Origin: Leucoraja ocellata
Lineage: Eukaryota
Assembly (NCBI GenBank): GCA_036785375.1
Contig: JAWMAR010000463.1
Location: forward strand, 744,001-808,000
Direction of reading: 5' to 3'
DNA: 64,000 nucleotides
Shown in pieces: positions 1 to 13,075 of the stretch; position 1 is the first letter of the stretch; each line of letters starts with the position of its first letter. A program made the translations under genes and the position numbers. The notes beneath the pieces were generated by a model. The model saw only the letters and a list, made by a program, of their open reading frames with translations. It was not told the DNA's origin and did no database searches.

Positions 1-1351
1 TATTAAGCAGCAAGTGCTAAGGTAGTTGTACTGAAGAGGTGCGCTTAGTGTGTGGTTTGACACCTCTCCGAATCAAAAGTGACATCAAGGTTGCAAATAT
101 CATGTTCAGTCTAATACATTTGCCAGTGGAATCGATGCCTTGTGAACAAATATTGTGACAGAGCCCAGAGAAAATCCCTTTTTTTGGTTCATTTTAATGT
201 CTCGAGTTATATTTTGAATGCGTCCCTGACTGACAGGATGTAGAAGATTGGTGACAATCTTTTAACTGGCCAAAGTGGACATAGTTGAGTAGTTCCCCAG
301 CCAATCATGCCAAGTGCTGCAAATAACATAAATTAATTTGTTGCAAAAATTAATCTATGCTTTGTGTCCTCCATTTCCTTTTTGGAGAAATTACCGCTTT
401 GCGTTGAGAAAGTTGTGATAGTTCAGTCTGCTCTTCAAAAATAATTTATTGGGTCATTTAAACTTGCTTTAATGTATGCCTTGCTGTGGCTCCTGTGGTA
501 TGTTCCATCTATTGACATGGCATTGGTGGTGAAAAAAGAGTAGCGATGTTCTCTCTGTTATCCTGGCTAATACTTTTTCATCAACATTTCAAAAACAGAT
601 AATCGGTTCATTTTCTCGGTGCTACTTGTCTTGGTGCTACTTGCTGCAGGCAAAGTAGCATCTTGAGACATCTTGGAATGCAAGGACCAGTTGGGTTGAA
701 GGGCTTGTTTGTGTGTTGCAGTACTGTGACTATTTTCTGTACTACTATGGTGATATTATATTCTGATACTATTTCTGATACTGTTCTTCGGTAAATCAAA
801 TCGAAATTTTATTGAAAATTGCTGAGATTTTTGAAATAAAAACAAAAAATGCTGTATTTATTTAGCAGGTCAGGCCCCATTTGAGGGTTGATACTGTTAA
901 GCTCTGGAACAAATTTACAGTATCTCATTGATTTTTAAGGGGTTTATGATGTATTGCAAGAAATGTGAAGGTGCTGTATAAATGCAAGTCATTCATTTCC
1001 CTAATACGGAGTGTTCTGCTATAATGTGGTTGATGCGTCCTGAGAAACCTTGTTATATAGAAAATTGTGTTTTAAGAACAATTGCATCAATGGGGAAGAG
1101 TTGGAGGGGCTAGAAAGTTTCAGACTTGCAATAACAAAGTTATTTTTCATGCATGATTTTCAAAAACAAATGTCTTTTTATTAGCTATAATTTTATTTTT
1201 GTTACTGCAAGCTAAAAATAAAGGCTGTATGTTACATTGCTTAATAGGTTATCATTGCACAAGAGTCAATAGAAGTGATTGCTTGTCAATAGAAGTGTTT
1301 CCCAGCAGTGAAACTGTTGGACTGTGCTCTTAAGAGACAATGGTGTTAGGA

Positions 1352-1840
1352 TGTTTAAGAAGGAACTGCAGATGCTAGAAAATCGAAGGTAGACAAAAAT
1401 GCTGGAGAAACTCAGCGGGTGAAGCAGCATCTATGGAGCGAAGGAAATAGGCAGCATTTCGGGTCGAGACCCTTCTTCAGTCTGATGTGAGGGTGAGGGG
1501 GGCAGGAAGAGGTGGAGCCAGTGGGCTGAGGGAGAGCTGAGAATGGGAGGTGAAAGTAGGGAAATTAGAGAAGTCAATGTTCATAACGCTCAGGTGCAAA
1601 CTGCCCAAGCGAAATTATGAGGTGCTGCTCCTCCAATTTACGGTGGTCCTCACTCTGGCCATGGAGGAGGCCCAGGAGAGAAAGGTCGGATTCGGAATGG
1701 GAGGGGTAGTTGAAGTGCTGAGCCACCGGGAGATCAGGTTGGTTATTGCGAGCCGAGCGGAGGTGTTCGGCGAAGCGATTGCCAAGCCTACGCTTGGTCT
1801 CACTGATGTAGAGCAGCTGACATCTATAGCAGCGGATCAG
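1352..1840 (-). mobile_element. Penelope-like retroelement 3' fragment (GIY-YIG endonuclease plus terminal repeat)
   Basis: ORF 1574..1888 reads YLIRCYRCQLLYISETKRRLGNRFAEH...VAQHFN...EQHLI, typical of Penelope GIY-YIG domains. The terminal region carries CTGAAGAAGGGTCTCGACCCGAAA on the - strand (1457-1480). Confidence 0.85.
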
Positions 1841-2685
1841 GTATTGGGTATTAGGCAGCAGTATTAGGATTACTGCAGGAAACAACATTTTTCCCCCAAG
1901 ACTCTTTTTTTCATGGATTCCTTTATCATTTTTTCCAAAAAAAAAACAATTAAGAATAAATAAAACATATAGAAAACAAAAAATCTTGAGACCTTCTGAG
2001 CATCTACATATTCAGTCGTGTCATACACGATAGTGTTTGCATTCGTCTTTAAACAACACCCTTGCCACTCGTGCTCCCCTGGTGTGATATCTATTCCCTT
2101 GCATGAGGGATGTCCCAGCCAGACTCTGCCCCTCCATGTTCAGCAGTGGAGGCCCCTCCCCCACCCTAGTCATCCTGCCAGTTCCACTGTTCGCATCCAT
2201 ATATCCCCTCGTTATCACCACTTCCACAGCTGGACCATCGACCATGGTGGTCTACTCCTTTCCTTGGTCATTGGTGCGGCTCTGATTTGTTCTGAACCTC
2301 AAGTAGCCCGAAGGGTTTTGTCCTGAAACGGACCTATTCTTTTTCTCCAGATACGCTGAAGGACTCCAGACTGTTGTCCTCCCCAAGGGATTCACGTCTA
2401 TCCCTGTAGCCTGTATTTGATCTGTCATTTGTGCTTCCTCTTTCCTCACCAGATCTTCAATATCTCTTTTCAGTCAGGGTTCGCTAATTCTGCCAGCTTT
2501 GCCCTTCACTCTAACAGGACTTGGCCTTGAACGCTCGCTGTCTCCATTGTAAAAGCATACTCTGTGCCAGCAGTCCCGTTACCTGCTATTATCATTGCTG
2601 CTGCCAGGCGGTGAGGGGAGGGGAGGGGCCAGGCGGTGCTTCAGGGGGAGAGCGGGGGCGGGGATCCGGGCTGCTGTCGCCGGTC

Positions 2686-2744
2686 ATGTGCCTGTCGAGC
2701 CCGCTGCTGCAGGGGCGGCCTGCGGCGCAGAAGGGAGGGAAATG
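2686..2744 (+). CDS. PISD: PISD alternative first coding exon A (MCLSSPLLQGRPAAQKGGKW)
   Basis: ATG at 2686 and donor TG|GTGAGA at 2745 (phase 2). Joining to G8866 gives KW-LHFPQ, parallel to human isoform 2 (MMCQSEARQGPELRAAKW-LHFPQ). Confidence 0.85.
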
Positions 2745-2914
2745 GTGAGATGTCGAAAACCTTTACCGAATACTGCTGCCTGTTATAACCTGCACGGGGT
2801 TGACAAACGCGTCCGGAGGGCCCACCGCACCGATGCAAGGCCGGCAGATCAGCAGCAGGCCGGCGGCTCGCTGGCGTCTAACGGGGCCGCCGCTAGCAGG
2901 CAGGCTCGCTTCAG
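2742..2914 (+). CDS. PISD: PISD alternative first coding exon B (MVRCRKPLPNTAACYNLHGV...ARFR), different frame from A
   Basis: ATG at 2742, open to donor AG|GTACTC at 2915 (173 nt, phase 2). AG+G8866 gives R-LHFPQ in frame. Resembles the MVRCYK...CYNLHKV...RFR-LQFPQ N-termini I recall from non-mammalian PISD models (not verified). Confidence 0.7.
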
Positions 2915-4019
2915 GTACTCGGGAGCAAACCTCCTCATCTCTCTCCCGTCCGATGATCGGTGGGGCCGGCCCGAGGGGCAGTAATCAGCCGGGGATGGGG
3001 TGGTGGGAGGCGGAGGCAGAGGCCCAGAGCGGATTATCCGAGCAGGAGGGACGGCCCGCCCCGCGGGGAGAGTTTAGGAAACACCGCGGGCTGCCCGGCG
3101 TCCGTGGGGGTCAACTGGGCCAGACCGGAGGAGGGAGGAGAGGTCAGCCGGGCCGGACAAGGCCGTGGGGGGCTGGTCGTAGTCTAGTGACACCCGGGCA
3201 AGAGACAGGGAAGTGGGGGCTGTCGTATGGGTTATCTGGGCAGGAGAGGTGAGCACTCCAGCATCAGCTTAAGTTACTTAGAAGACGGGGTGTGTCTTCG
3301 CAGGAGTTATGAAGGGCAGGTTCCTCTTCGAAGGGGGGGGGGGGGGGAGAGAGATGAGAGGAGGTGGGAAGGAAGAGACTGGCATTGGCAGGAGGCATCT
3401 GTGATAGAGGTTGAGCACATTAACTGCAGCTCATGCCGCTGGGACAAGAGAAGATGCTAGAGGGGTTGGTTACAAGTGACCCAGTTGAAGAAGGGTGAGT
3501 TTGGAGAACTTAGTGGAGAATCCTGGAAAGGGAGAGGTACCTACAAGATATTCTGTTTATCTGTGGTGTGAAATGGGGCAAAGTGGGAAGGCAAGATAGT
3601 AGCTTTTAATCAACGTTCGAGTTGGGAGGGAGATCCATATTCAGGTATCTCAAAAGAGGGAGGAATGGAGGGGGGGGGGGGGGGTTGCCATTTGATTGCT
3701 GAGGGTGAAGTGCTCTTAGGTTGTTTGGGGGTTGGAGGTGAGGGGGTTAAGGGAGGAAAGGGGAGGGTCTGTTGGGTATTGCTGGGATGATGGTGCCGGC
3801 AGGAGAGCTGTGATTCATTGCTTGTAAAGCTGTGAATTTGGATGCTGAGGAGATGCAGGAGCGGGTGATTGGTGTTTTTATGCAGTGATGCTACTTGCTG
3901 ATGATTGGCCGGGTACTCTCTGCAGTGGAGAGGGGAGGGAGGGAGATGGCTCATGTTTGGGGAAGCGCGGCTAAATCAGAGTGCACGGCAAATGCGCAGT
4001 GTGCCAGCCAGGCACAGAG

Positions 4020-4033
4020 ATGGTGCGTTTCTG
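4020..4033 (+). CDS. PISD: Candidate third PISD first coding exon (MVRFW)
   Basis: ATG GTG CGT TTC TG|GTGAGT, a strong phase-2 donor compatible with the 8866 exon. Two inverted CCAAT boxes lie upstream (3868, 3904). Confidence 0.35.
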
Positions 4034-7000
4034 GTGAGTGATGTTGGCTTTCCTCTCAGTAGTTGAGCAAGGTGTTACAAAGATGGCAGCAGTAATGCAG
4101 ATGAAGGAAGTTTTATTTTTTTAATTTTTAAATAATTCCGAACAATGTTACTGTATGTACTAATCAAAAATAGGGGAGGAGTAAATACACCCCATCTGTC
4201 ATGGAAATGTACAGGATGTCACAAAGAAGAATACAGAATTAAATGGGAGAATTAAAGAGCCTGGCTATTGTGTGGGCTAATCAGGGAGATCTGCATACAT
4301 TTCGCACTCGCGATTCTGGCATGAATGCATCAACATTCTGTTTGAAGAACAATCTTGGTTCCTCTCATTAAGATGCCGTACCCTCCTTGACAAGAAAATC
4401 CTCTAAAATGGAGAGTGTGCACTGCCACTGCCCGTTGGTCTGTCCTACAGGTTGTTAGATATTTAAAATGTTCAGACATTAGACCCAACATGTTACCCCA
4501 ACTGTGGTTCTTTCATAAAACTTGGCTCCTCAATCAAACTGCATTGCCCCGAGTTCATTTCCCTGGCCACTTGATAATTTAACCATTTGAGGACAAGGCA
4601 GGGCATCTCAAACAAAATGCATTCTTCAGATGATGCTTGCAGCTTTTGATTTGGGTGTCCTGGGTTGTACAACACCTAATTTCCTTCCAATCCTCAAGAT
4701 ATTTGATTGAGAGTTGTGTGAAATCAGTGCTATGAGTATATAATATTACATGTTTGATACAAAATTATTTGTGATTATTGACCTGTTGTGCACTAGGAAA
4801 GATATTCTTGTCTGCAGTTGTGCTTGACACTGGATTTAAAAAATAAATTGTTGAATTGAAAATGAGACAAATTTAACTAAATTGACTTGACTAAAAACTT
4901 GGCTATTTCCCCCCCCCCCCCCCCTCTTGCTGCATGCGTTGCTCATTTATTCCTGCCCCACCTGTAAAGTTCACACATAAAGTTTGTTCATGCATTTCAT
5001 ATCCTATAGCACACTGAAGTATATAAAATTTGACTATCTGTCGAGACATCCTGTCCCCCTCTAGCAATGAACATCGTCCAGCTTCCTTTGGGCAATTCTG
5101 TTATCATACGGTCAAAATCCTTTTTAGCCTAGCCCAATGTTTCCCTTTCTGGGCTTGTGGATAAGCCTATCTGCTTGTCCAGTGTTTCTCACCATTACTG
5201 CTGGTGTCACACCATGCAACATTTACAAACTGCATGCCTTAAATTGACTTAATTATTAAAGTTCCTGCATATTGCTGTTTCCAAGTGATGTGTGTTGCAT
5301 TGTTTTTCCCCACTGTCGACCACCTGCTTTCATACAGCAGGAATTCATAGTCTTTAGCCTTTGCTTAAGACATGAGAACATAAGAAGTCACAAAGTGCTG
5401 GAGTAACTCATCAGGTCAGGCAGCATCTCTGGAGAACATGGATAGATGAGATTTTGGGTCTGAAGAAGGATCCCGACCCAAAACTAGGAGCAGCAGTCAG
5501 CCGCATGGGTAGACTTGAGTCTATTATGATATTCAATAAGATCATGGCTGATATGATTTGGCCTCTGCTCTCCTTCCAGGCCTGATCCCATAAGCCTTTA
5601 TTTTCCCACTAGTGCAAAAAAAAAATCTTTCATCCCTCTACTTAATGACTTGGGATTAGAGAAGCCTAAAAACTCCCAACTTTCTGAAGGAAGATGTCTC
5701 TCCTCATCTCTTCTTTATTCTGTCACTATGGCCCTTTAATTCTAGATCTATTGCACGAGGAATATGTGCCCCTAGCAATCATGTGCTGCCATGTGTTCAC
5801 CTTTCTCCAGTACCAACACGCAAGCTGCTCGTCATGCACTGACACGCTAGCAGAGATAAGGTCATCCCATTACTTCTCCTGGTAAAAATGTACCTTTAAC
5901 AACAACAGAGATCAGTTCCGTACTGGGATGGTACTCCCATAGTTCCTATTCCAATCACCAATGTGCTTCACTGCCAGTCTGCCTGCTAGGTGCTGATTTG
6001 TTCCACCTTTTGTGAAGGATTAACCAACCGCTTCTAATTTATCTATGGGCATAGTGTGTTAGTCATTGTAGCCTGAAGGGATCTTACTTGAATTAACACA
6101 TTGACTACACTAAAGTCTCTGTTTATACAATGGACACATACCACAGAACTCACGAGCTTTGCAATGGATCTAAAATGGCCTGGGGTAAAACTCCTTTCCC
6201 CTTTATAATTGGTCATGCCTTTCTAGGCAAATGGAGGAAGTGTGTTAGGGATCCCAGTCCAAAATGTGTTCCAGTAACGTTTGCTAGAATTTGTAATCAT
6301 GTGGATGTCATCAAAGATGACTTGAGCTAGGTGGCCAAATGCCTTGCCAAATTTCACTTTCAAGGTTCATGTGGAATTGGGTGGTACTGAAATCTGTAGG
6401 ACAGCATGGTTATTACCTTCAGTAGAGGAGAAACTGTTTAGGCACTAGTGTTGGTTCTATGAATCTATTTTGTTAATGCTGTTAATTATGTGGGTCTGGC
6501 ATCCATTCAGCATTTTCTCTCCACCCCATGGACAGCGTCAGAGACTGGCAACTCTCCACATCCCTTGATAAGCCATTCTCTCATGAGATGTTCGAATTAG
6601 CCCAAACTGTTGCCAGCAATGTTAGATAAATTAAATCAACAAATTGGGTGAAGATAGTGACACGCAAAACCAGAAATTAAACAATAACAGTTAGAAAGAT
6701 GCATCAATCTGAGCAGAATTTCAGGCAAGAGAAAGGTTTAGTCTTTCAGATCAAAGACTCTGGGAAGAAATAAATAAACCTTAACTTTAACATAGTGATC
6801 GGGGGAAAGAGTTGGAGCAAAGGGACCACTGTGACTGACTTGTAATTAAATATAAAATGGTGTACTACTGAGACTGCTTCACAATACAAAGTGCTTTGGC
6901 AACTGTGTAGTACAGCTCCTCTCTGTCCTTTTTCCTGAGTCACTTTAAAAATGTTTTGTTCTATTTGGACAAGATAACTTTTATTGCCAAGTATTTTGCT

Positions 7001-7904
7001 GCACTTACCAGTGTTGTTGGCATTGCCACATTTTAATTACCTATTTAAAAAATAGAATTCATTTCTCTCAACTCTTCCCTTCATTTTTTTCTAATCGTGA
7101 ATTTGTCCACTTGCATCTGACTTGTTAACAAGAGAAAAACTGCCTCTTGTGCACTTTAAAATGAACTCTTAACATTCATTGTTCAGAGGTAACGACTCAC
7201 ATTTCCTGGTGAATGTTTCTCAGAAACCCTTAACTGAGGTCAGCCTTTGACATTGCTGAGTATAGTTGGGCACAGCCTCACACTTTCCATGCTATTGTCG
7301 ATGGAGGATTTGCTTCAGACCACATGCTGACCTAAATGCGGAAATGCCATTTTGCTGTGTCATTTATCCTGCTATTTAACAGAGAAAATAGCTCCACATT
7401 TTTAATAACTAAACTTAGCTGAAAATTCTGAATAACCCAACTTAGCTCCCACAAAATTGGTTCAAATAGATTAATTTGGGGGTTATTTTTATGGAGGCCT
7501 GTTTGATTTGTGCTTCTGCTCAATTACCTGATGAAGCGTTCAGCCAGAAAGAAACTTATTTTAGTTTAATTGTCCAACCGTGCTGTCTTTAAGAGAATAG
7601 AGGCAATATTGTGGAATGGAATCTGTATACAATCTCTGGAATTTCTATTATATTGTAGAGTAAATCTTTTTGAGAACATGATTCACAAAGTTGGCAAGAA
7701 GCATTGTGAGCAAAGTCATACATGCTTAGAGTGGAACTAGTTTTGCAAACTCATCCTTTTTTGTTCCAGAGTATAGAAGAATTAGATGAGATCACAAAGA
7801 TGATTGGGGAAAAAAAAATGGACAGTTTAAATGCAGGGAGGAGCGTTCCCCTAACTGAGGATCTGGGACCAGAGGGCACAGTTTCAGAATGAGGGGTGGT
7901 TTGT

Positions 7905-8410
7905 TCAGCAACCAGCAGTTTATTGGAACAACTCAGCAGTTTGGAGGGAAATGGAAAGTCGATGTTTCTGTGGGGGACATATTCATCTGCAATGAGAGTG
8001 TAGGGGGGAATAGCCAATATAAAGAGGTGAGGAGGGTGGTAAGTGAGAAGAGTTTGGTTGAAGATGGGGTCGGGTGGGGAAGCAAAAGGTGGAGATAGTA
8101 ACAGAGGCTGGGAGATGTTAAGTGGAGGCAACAAAGAGCTGCCGATGATGGAATAGGACAAGGAAAGGAGTAGCATGGAATCAAATAAGGGAGGTAGGCT
8201 GAGCAGATGGGACCAACAGGGGAAGGGGGCACAATGGAAGGAAGATCTGGTTGATGGACAAATGTAGATGGGGAGTAAATGTGATCTGGAAGTGAGGATT
8301 AAAAAGTAGGATGTGCATGAGATTAGAAGGAGAGAGAGAGGTGGGGATTGGAGTCGCGGCTTAGCTGAAACTAAAGATTTAATTGTTCATGCCGTTGGCT
8401 TGTAGATGAG
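7905..8410 (-). mobile_element. Degenerate Penelope-type terminal fragment
   Basis: Same layout as the 1352 element: aactcagcag..., purine-rich body, then tgaaactaaagatttaattgttcatgccgttggcttgtag. Confidence 0.5.
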
Positions 8411-8865
8411 GAGAAATATCTTTACTTGTGGTAATTGTGCTAAGTTTGTGAAAACTAAGCCAGGTTGCTCAAAATTGGGAACACGCTCCTCTGATTAAAA
8501 GAAACATGGTTGTAAATATGAACCTCGAAGATCAATAGATGGGTTTTTAGAAGCATCACGATAAGCAATGTTAAACTTTACTGATTTGCAGATCAGTAGG
8601 GAGGTTCAGCTGTCACCCTCCTTCATGGCTTCATCAACTGAAGTTCCCCGAGTTGCACATGGTTTTTTTTTTTAATAAGATAAAGTATAGTTGGGTGAAG
8701 TGATGACAAGAAACTTCAAAAACATTGTATTTGTCTCACCACTAAAGCAATTGAGTATGAACAAGCTGTGTAGCAGTGTGGTTTGTGTGTGAGGTTCTGT
8801 TTAGGCTATAATTTGTGTTTGGGATATCCCCATGCCTGATCAGCTGTGTATGTATGATTCCACAG

Positions 8866-9031
8866 GTTGCATTTCCCCCAGCTGGCTTTGCGGCGCAGGT
8901 TAGGCCAGCTGAGCTGTATGTCCAAGCCCGCACTCAAGCTCCGTACCTGGCCTCTGTCTTTTCTCTATTTCTTCCTGCCATTTAGTGTCCTTAAGCCTCT
9001 TGCAAAGGTAGGATGGCGGCCAACAAGCAGG
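8866..9031 (+). CDS. PISD: PISD short-isoform-specific exon
   Basis: ccacag|G...AGG|GTAAGT. Encodes LHFPQLALRRRLGQLSCMSKPALKLRTWPLSFLYFFLPFSVLKPLAKVGWRPTSR, close to human isoform 2. Confidence 0.95.
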
Positions 9032-11639
9032 GTAAGTGTGCGTTATTTCTAGGTTTGTGACGGGATGGGGAGTGGGGTTGATGAGAGGGTAAATCCAGCA
9101 TCCATAGGTTGCTTGGTGATTAAATTAATGTATACTTCTGCTGTATATTGATGTGCTGTGATACTTGCCATCTTTCTCTGTGCCTAGTGGTGGCATGTAG
9201 GTAACAACATGTTAAGATTTGTTTTGATAAAGTGAGCAACTGTCTGTATTTCTACTCTGTTTTTCTATTGTGCATTTATTCAACTCATTGGGTCCCAGTA
9301 CTGGCCAACACAGGTTGGTGCCTCTGATTTGGCTGGGTTTCAAATAGTAGAAATGCAGTCATTAAAATCTACCTCTGTATTGACCATTTCATATACAGAC
9401 TTGTTTAATTTTTATCTGATTACCCAACTGAGAAGCAAGTTGGTAAATTTTACCCATTGGAGGTGCTATATAAATGTGGGTCATTATTATAATTGAGGTT
9501 GAAAATCAGCAAACTGCAGATGATGGAAATCTGAAATAAAAACAAAAAATGCTGGAATATTCTAAAGCCAGGCAGCATCTGCGGACAGAAAACGGAGTTG
9601 GTGTTTCCCATGTTTGTTGAAAGTTCCTTCATCGAAATCCTAACTATTTCTCTTACTGTAGGTACTGAGCATTTTTAGAGCAGATAACTAAGATGGAAAG
9701 GAAAGGTTTGAAGGAATGTGGGATTAGGTTGGTTAGGCAACCTGGTTGGTATGGACCATAGGGCCTGTTTCAATGCTGCATATCTAGCTCTATGATGTAG
9801 TCAGCCTGCTATGTTGAAAGGCACTGACATCAAATTGTAGCTGTGGAATTGTGTTCATTAGAAATAGACACACAGTAGCATTGGAACCTTTGTTGGTATT
9901 CAGCAGGTAGGACAGTGGGAGGCCAGCTCTGTGGCTACTCAGCATTTACGTTGTTCACTTTCACGATACAGATCTATAGAGTTGAGTACAATAATGGCCC
10001 AAATAACAAGACTGAGATAATTTGTCAGTGCAGTGGGTGGCTGTAAATTAAGATCAGACCATCTTCTCTTTTCATAGAAACGCAAGGTATGGCCCAGAGT
10101 GTTGCAATGTGCGGGCATTATGATGCCAGCATTAAAACATTCTTGGCTCAGCTCTACCTTCAAGCACCTACTGCTGTCAGTACTAACAACATAAGCTTGA
10201 CTAAAATTTAAAAACAGGTCACTGGCCTCCATCCAGTTCTGTTGCTGGGGTATTGCATTTGATTCAAAATATGACCTACGGTGTTTTCTTCTTCTGGAAC
10301 ATCTAAATTTGTATCTGGATCGTTGCATTTGACATTGTAAGAGTGATTGGTCATCTAATTTATATATAGTCTTTGTGTTCATTTGATGAAAGATTGCCTG
10401 AGAATTTGTGGTATGTAACTGATTGGTTCATGTACCATGTCCTGGATATCATTGTTAGTTTAGGGATCTGGGAATTAAACTTTGATAAACTCTCAACCTC
10501 AGAACCTATTGCATTGACTAAGCTCTGGTCATTCTTCCCAATATATCTTCTGGCTCGCTGCTGTGTTCCATTGATTCGAGTCTAAGCATTGAATTGTCCT
10601 GAGGTCTTTTCCAAACCTAACGGCTCTAGCAAGCTTTTTGTAATTAAGTGTTTAAGAACTCCGTTTTAAGATATTTTATCAGAGGGATTAACAGTTTATT
10701 GATGATTTAAAAAGAAGCCTCATTCCCCTGTCATTAAAGAAAACAGCACTCAAATCCAATTCTGATGAATAGAGGGCAACATTGTACAGAATGTGACTTG
10801 AAATGAAAGCATACGCAGGATTGAGAGACTGGCTTCAGAACGTAGATTGACGGGTCTTGAGGTAAACCACAGACCCCAGTCTGGAAATTCCCAATTTAGG
10901 AACATGGATAGTAATATGAATCTTCTGCATCCCAATATTGGGCATTCCTCTCAATCCTTGAATACTTTCTTGATTAGATACTGTTGTTCCGAGAACTCCA
11001 TGCCTGAATCGCTCTAATCAGGTTGAATGCTAGACAAATTGCTGTCGTCCATTTTTGAAGAAGTGTAAATCCTAAAAAGATGAAGCAGAATCCAAGTGGT
11101 TTGCAAAAGGACAATAATGTTTGACAAATGTAATAGATTTTTGATGATGTAACTAGCAGTGTGGGCAATGAGGAACCAGGGTGCAGTTTATTTGGATTTT
11201 TAAAGCAAAGCCTTACACCCTGACCCAAGCTTCTGTTGTGGTTGTCTGAGGCATCAACATAATATCTCTCGGGTCACAGGATGAGCAGACTGCAAGAACA
11301 CTCTCATCTTAACAACAGCAGGAGTGCTCGAGATAACTCTGAAGCATTTGTTGATCCAGAAGTAGGTATTCTAGGCATCCTCCCGAGAATCGTACTATCG
11401 CAGAACCCAGTCCTCGGCCGATTCTATTCACCACGTTACAACAAGAAACAGTGGAGAGCAATGGACGTGCAAAGACGACTGATCTGGTTGTGTTACTGAA
11501 ACCTGTGCTCTTGAATTGGCCCATTCTCAATCATCAGCCAAGTGATATCATCATCATCAACAAATGCATCATCAACAGCTTACCAAGTTATACTTAATTC
11601 CTGCTCATTGATAACCCAGTTTGAGGTTTGGACCAGTTG

Positions 11640-12560
11640 TCTCCAAAGCTCATGACATGGACCAAAGAGCTGAATTAAGAAGTGAGGCGAGAGTGACTGC
11701 CCTTGACATCAAGAAGGCAGTTGGCTGAAAGTGGCATCAGAGATCCCTGGTAAAACTGAAGTAACCAATGGGTAAACACTCTGGTGGGGCCCATTGAGGG
11801 ATTATTCCTAGGCCCAACCGTCTTCAACTGTTTCAGCAAAGACTTTCCTTCCACTTTAAGGTCAGAAGAGATGTTGGCTAAGGATTAAAGTGGTCATTTC
11901 CATTCACAACTCTTCAATTAAAGCAACACCTAAATATGATACGGGCATTGTCTAGGAAATGGCAGTAGCATGAGTCGGGCAATGACTACCTTTGGCAAGA
12001 GTAACAACCTATCCAATACTTTGTGGTATTATTGTTGCCAAATTACCTCTGCGCTAATTAACTGGACCAGTGCCTTCCCAAGCAGGTCAGAATCTGGGTG
12101 TGTTGCAGCAAATAATTCTTCTCTTGACATCCTAAAGCCTTTCATCGTCTACAAACAGTGCGGTGGAATGGTCTTCACATGTCTGAATGAGTGGATTTCC
12201 AACAATACCGAGGAAGCTCTGCACCATCTGGCACAAAGCAGCCCGAGTCAATGAAACCCCAGCTATCACCAGAAATGTTCCTTCCTTTCACAACCAAGGC
12301 ACAGTGCCTACAGTGTGTACCATATATAAAGTGCACTTATGGAAGTTACTTGCCCTGGCTACTCTGACAGCACCAGTGTGCTGGGCATTCTAAAATCAGC
12401 ATTCTTTGCCAGCAAGAGGGATAAACATCAGATGCATGAGCTCGCCACCACCTGCAGGTTCCCTCCAAGTCGCGCACCATCCTGCTTTGCAAATCTATCG
12501 CCGGCCCTTCATTGTTAAATCCATCCCTGGCCAGCAGCAATGTGTGAGTAACTTCACCAG
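11640..12560 (+). mobile_element. Degenerate LINE (CR1/L2-group) reverse transcriptase fragment
   Basis: gtgactgcccttgacatcaag (VTALDIK) at about 11693 resembles the RT xLDxxKAFD motif. The frame is broken by stops and frameshifts. Confidence 0.6.
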
Positions 12561-12589
12561 GGGGAACTGTGGTTAAAGAGTGGTGGTGG

Positions 12590-13075
12590 AGTACTTAGTG
12601 TGTTGTATGCAGTTCTGATTGTCACACTATAGGAAGGATGTGGTTGCACTGGAGATTCACGGGATATTGCCTGGATTGGAGGACTTTAGACATGGGAGAA
12701 ATTGGGTAGGCTGGGCTTGTTTTCCCTCATGAAGGAGATGGGGAGAGGGGAGTCGAGGCATATCAAATTATAAGAGATGTAGATAGTGACGATGGTTAGA
12801 ATATTTTTCTCATTGTGTGGTGTCAAAAGCAAGAGTGTGTGGGTCTACAGTGGGAGGTAGGAGTTTTAAAGGAGATTTGACGAGAGTTTTTTACACAGTG
12901 GTTGACATCTGGAATTTGCTGAGGTCGTGGAGTCGGATCCAATGACTACTTTTCAGACACTGACAGGCATTTAAATAGACATGGCATAAATGATTCGGGA
13001 TTAGTGTAGATGGGCAAAAAAGTCAGCATGGACGTGTTGTGTTGAAGTACCTGGTACTATGCTGTACATCCCTAT
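12590..13075 (+). mobile_element. Degenerate CR1 LINE 3' end
   Basis: gtgttgtatgcagttctg...cactataggaaggatgtg...ttttacacagtggttg... follows the CR1 ORF2 C-terminal pattern. Confidence 0.65.

Larger units (their letters stand above)
2590..3240 (+). promoter_or_regulatory. CpG island / internal promoter of PISD short isoforms
   Basis: Sharp GC- and CpG-rich block in an AT-rich background, with a GGGGCGGGG GC box at about 2655-2663 just upstream of ATG 2686. Confidence 0.75.

Noticed and set aside
2018-2449. ORFs of 60-102 aa on both strands upstream of the CpG island
   Set aside because: No recognisable homology or consistent splice structure. Divergent non-coding transcription is possible but unsupported.
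1-2600. Exons of the mitochondrial PISD isoform (TGGGYAGYRQY...LAGHWE)
   Set aside because: No matching peptide found. They presumably lie upstream of the window.
2800-3460. 150-aa and other ORFs in the CpG island
   Set aside because: Expected by chance in GC-rich, stop-poor sequence, and low complexity.
3323-3685. Long G homopolymers as regulatory G-quadruplexes
   Set aside because: Similar G and C runs are scattered throughout the window, and their lengths are unreliable in assemblies.
9939-10382. 147-aa - strand ORF in a PISD intron
   Set aside because: No domain similarity or exon context recognised.
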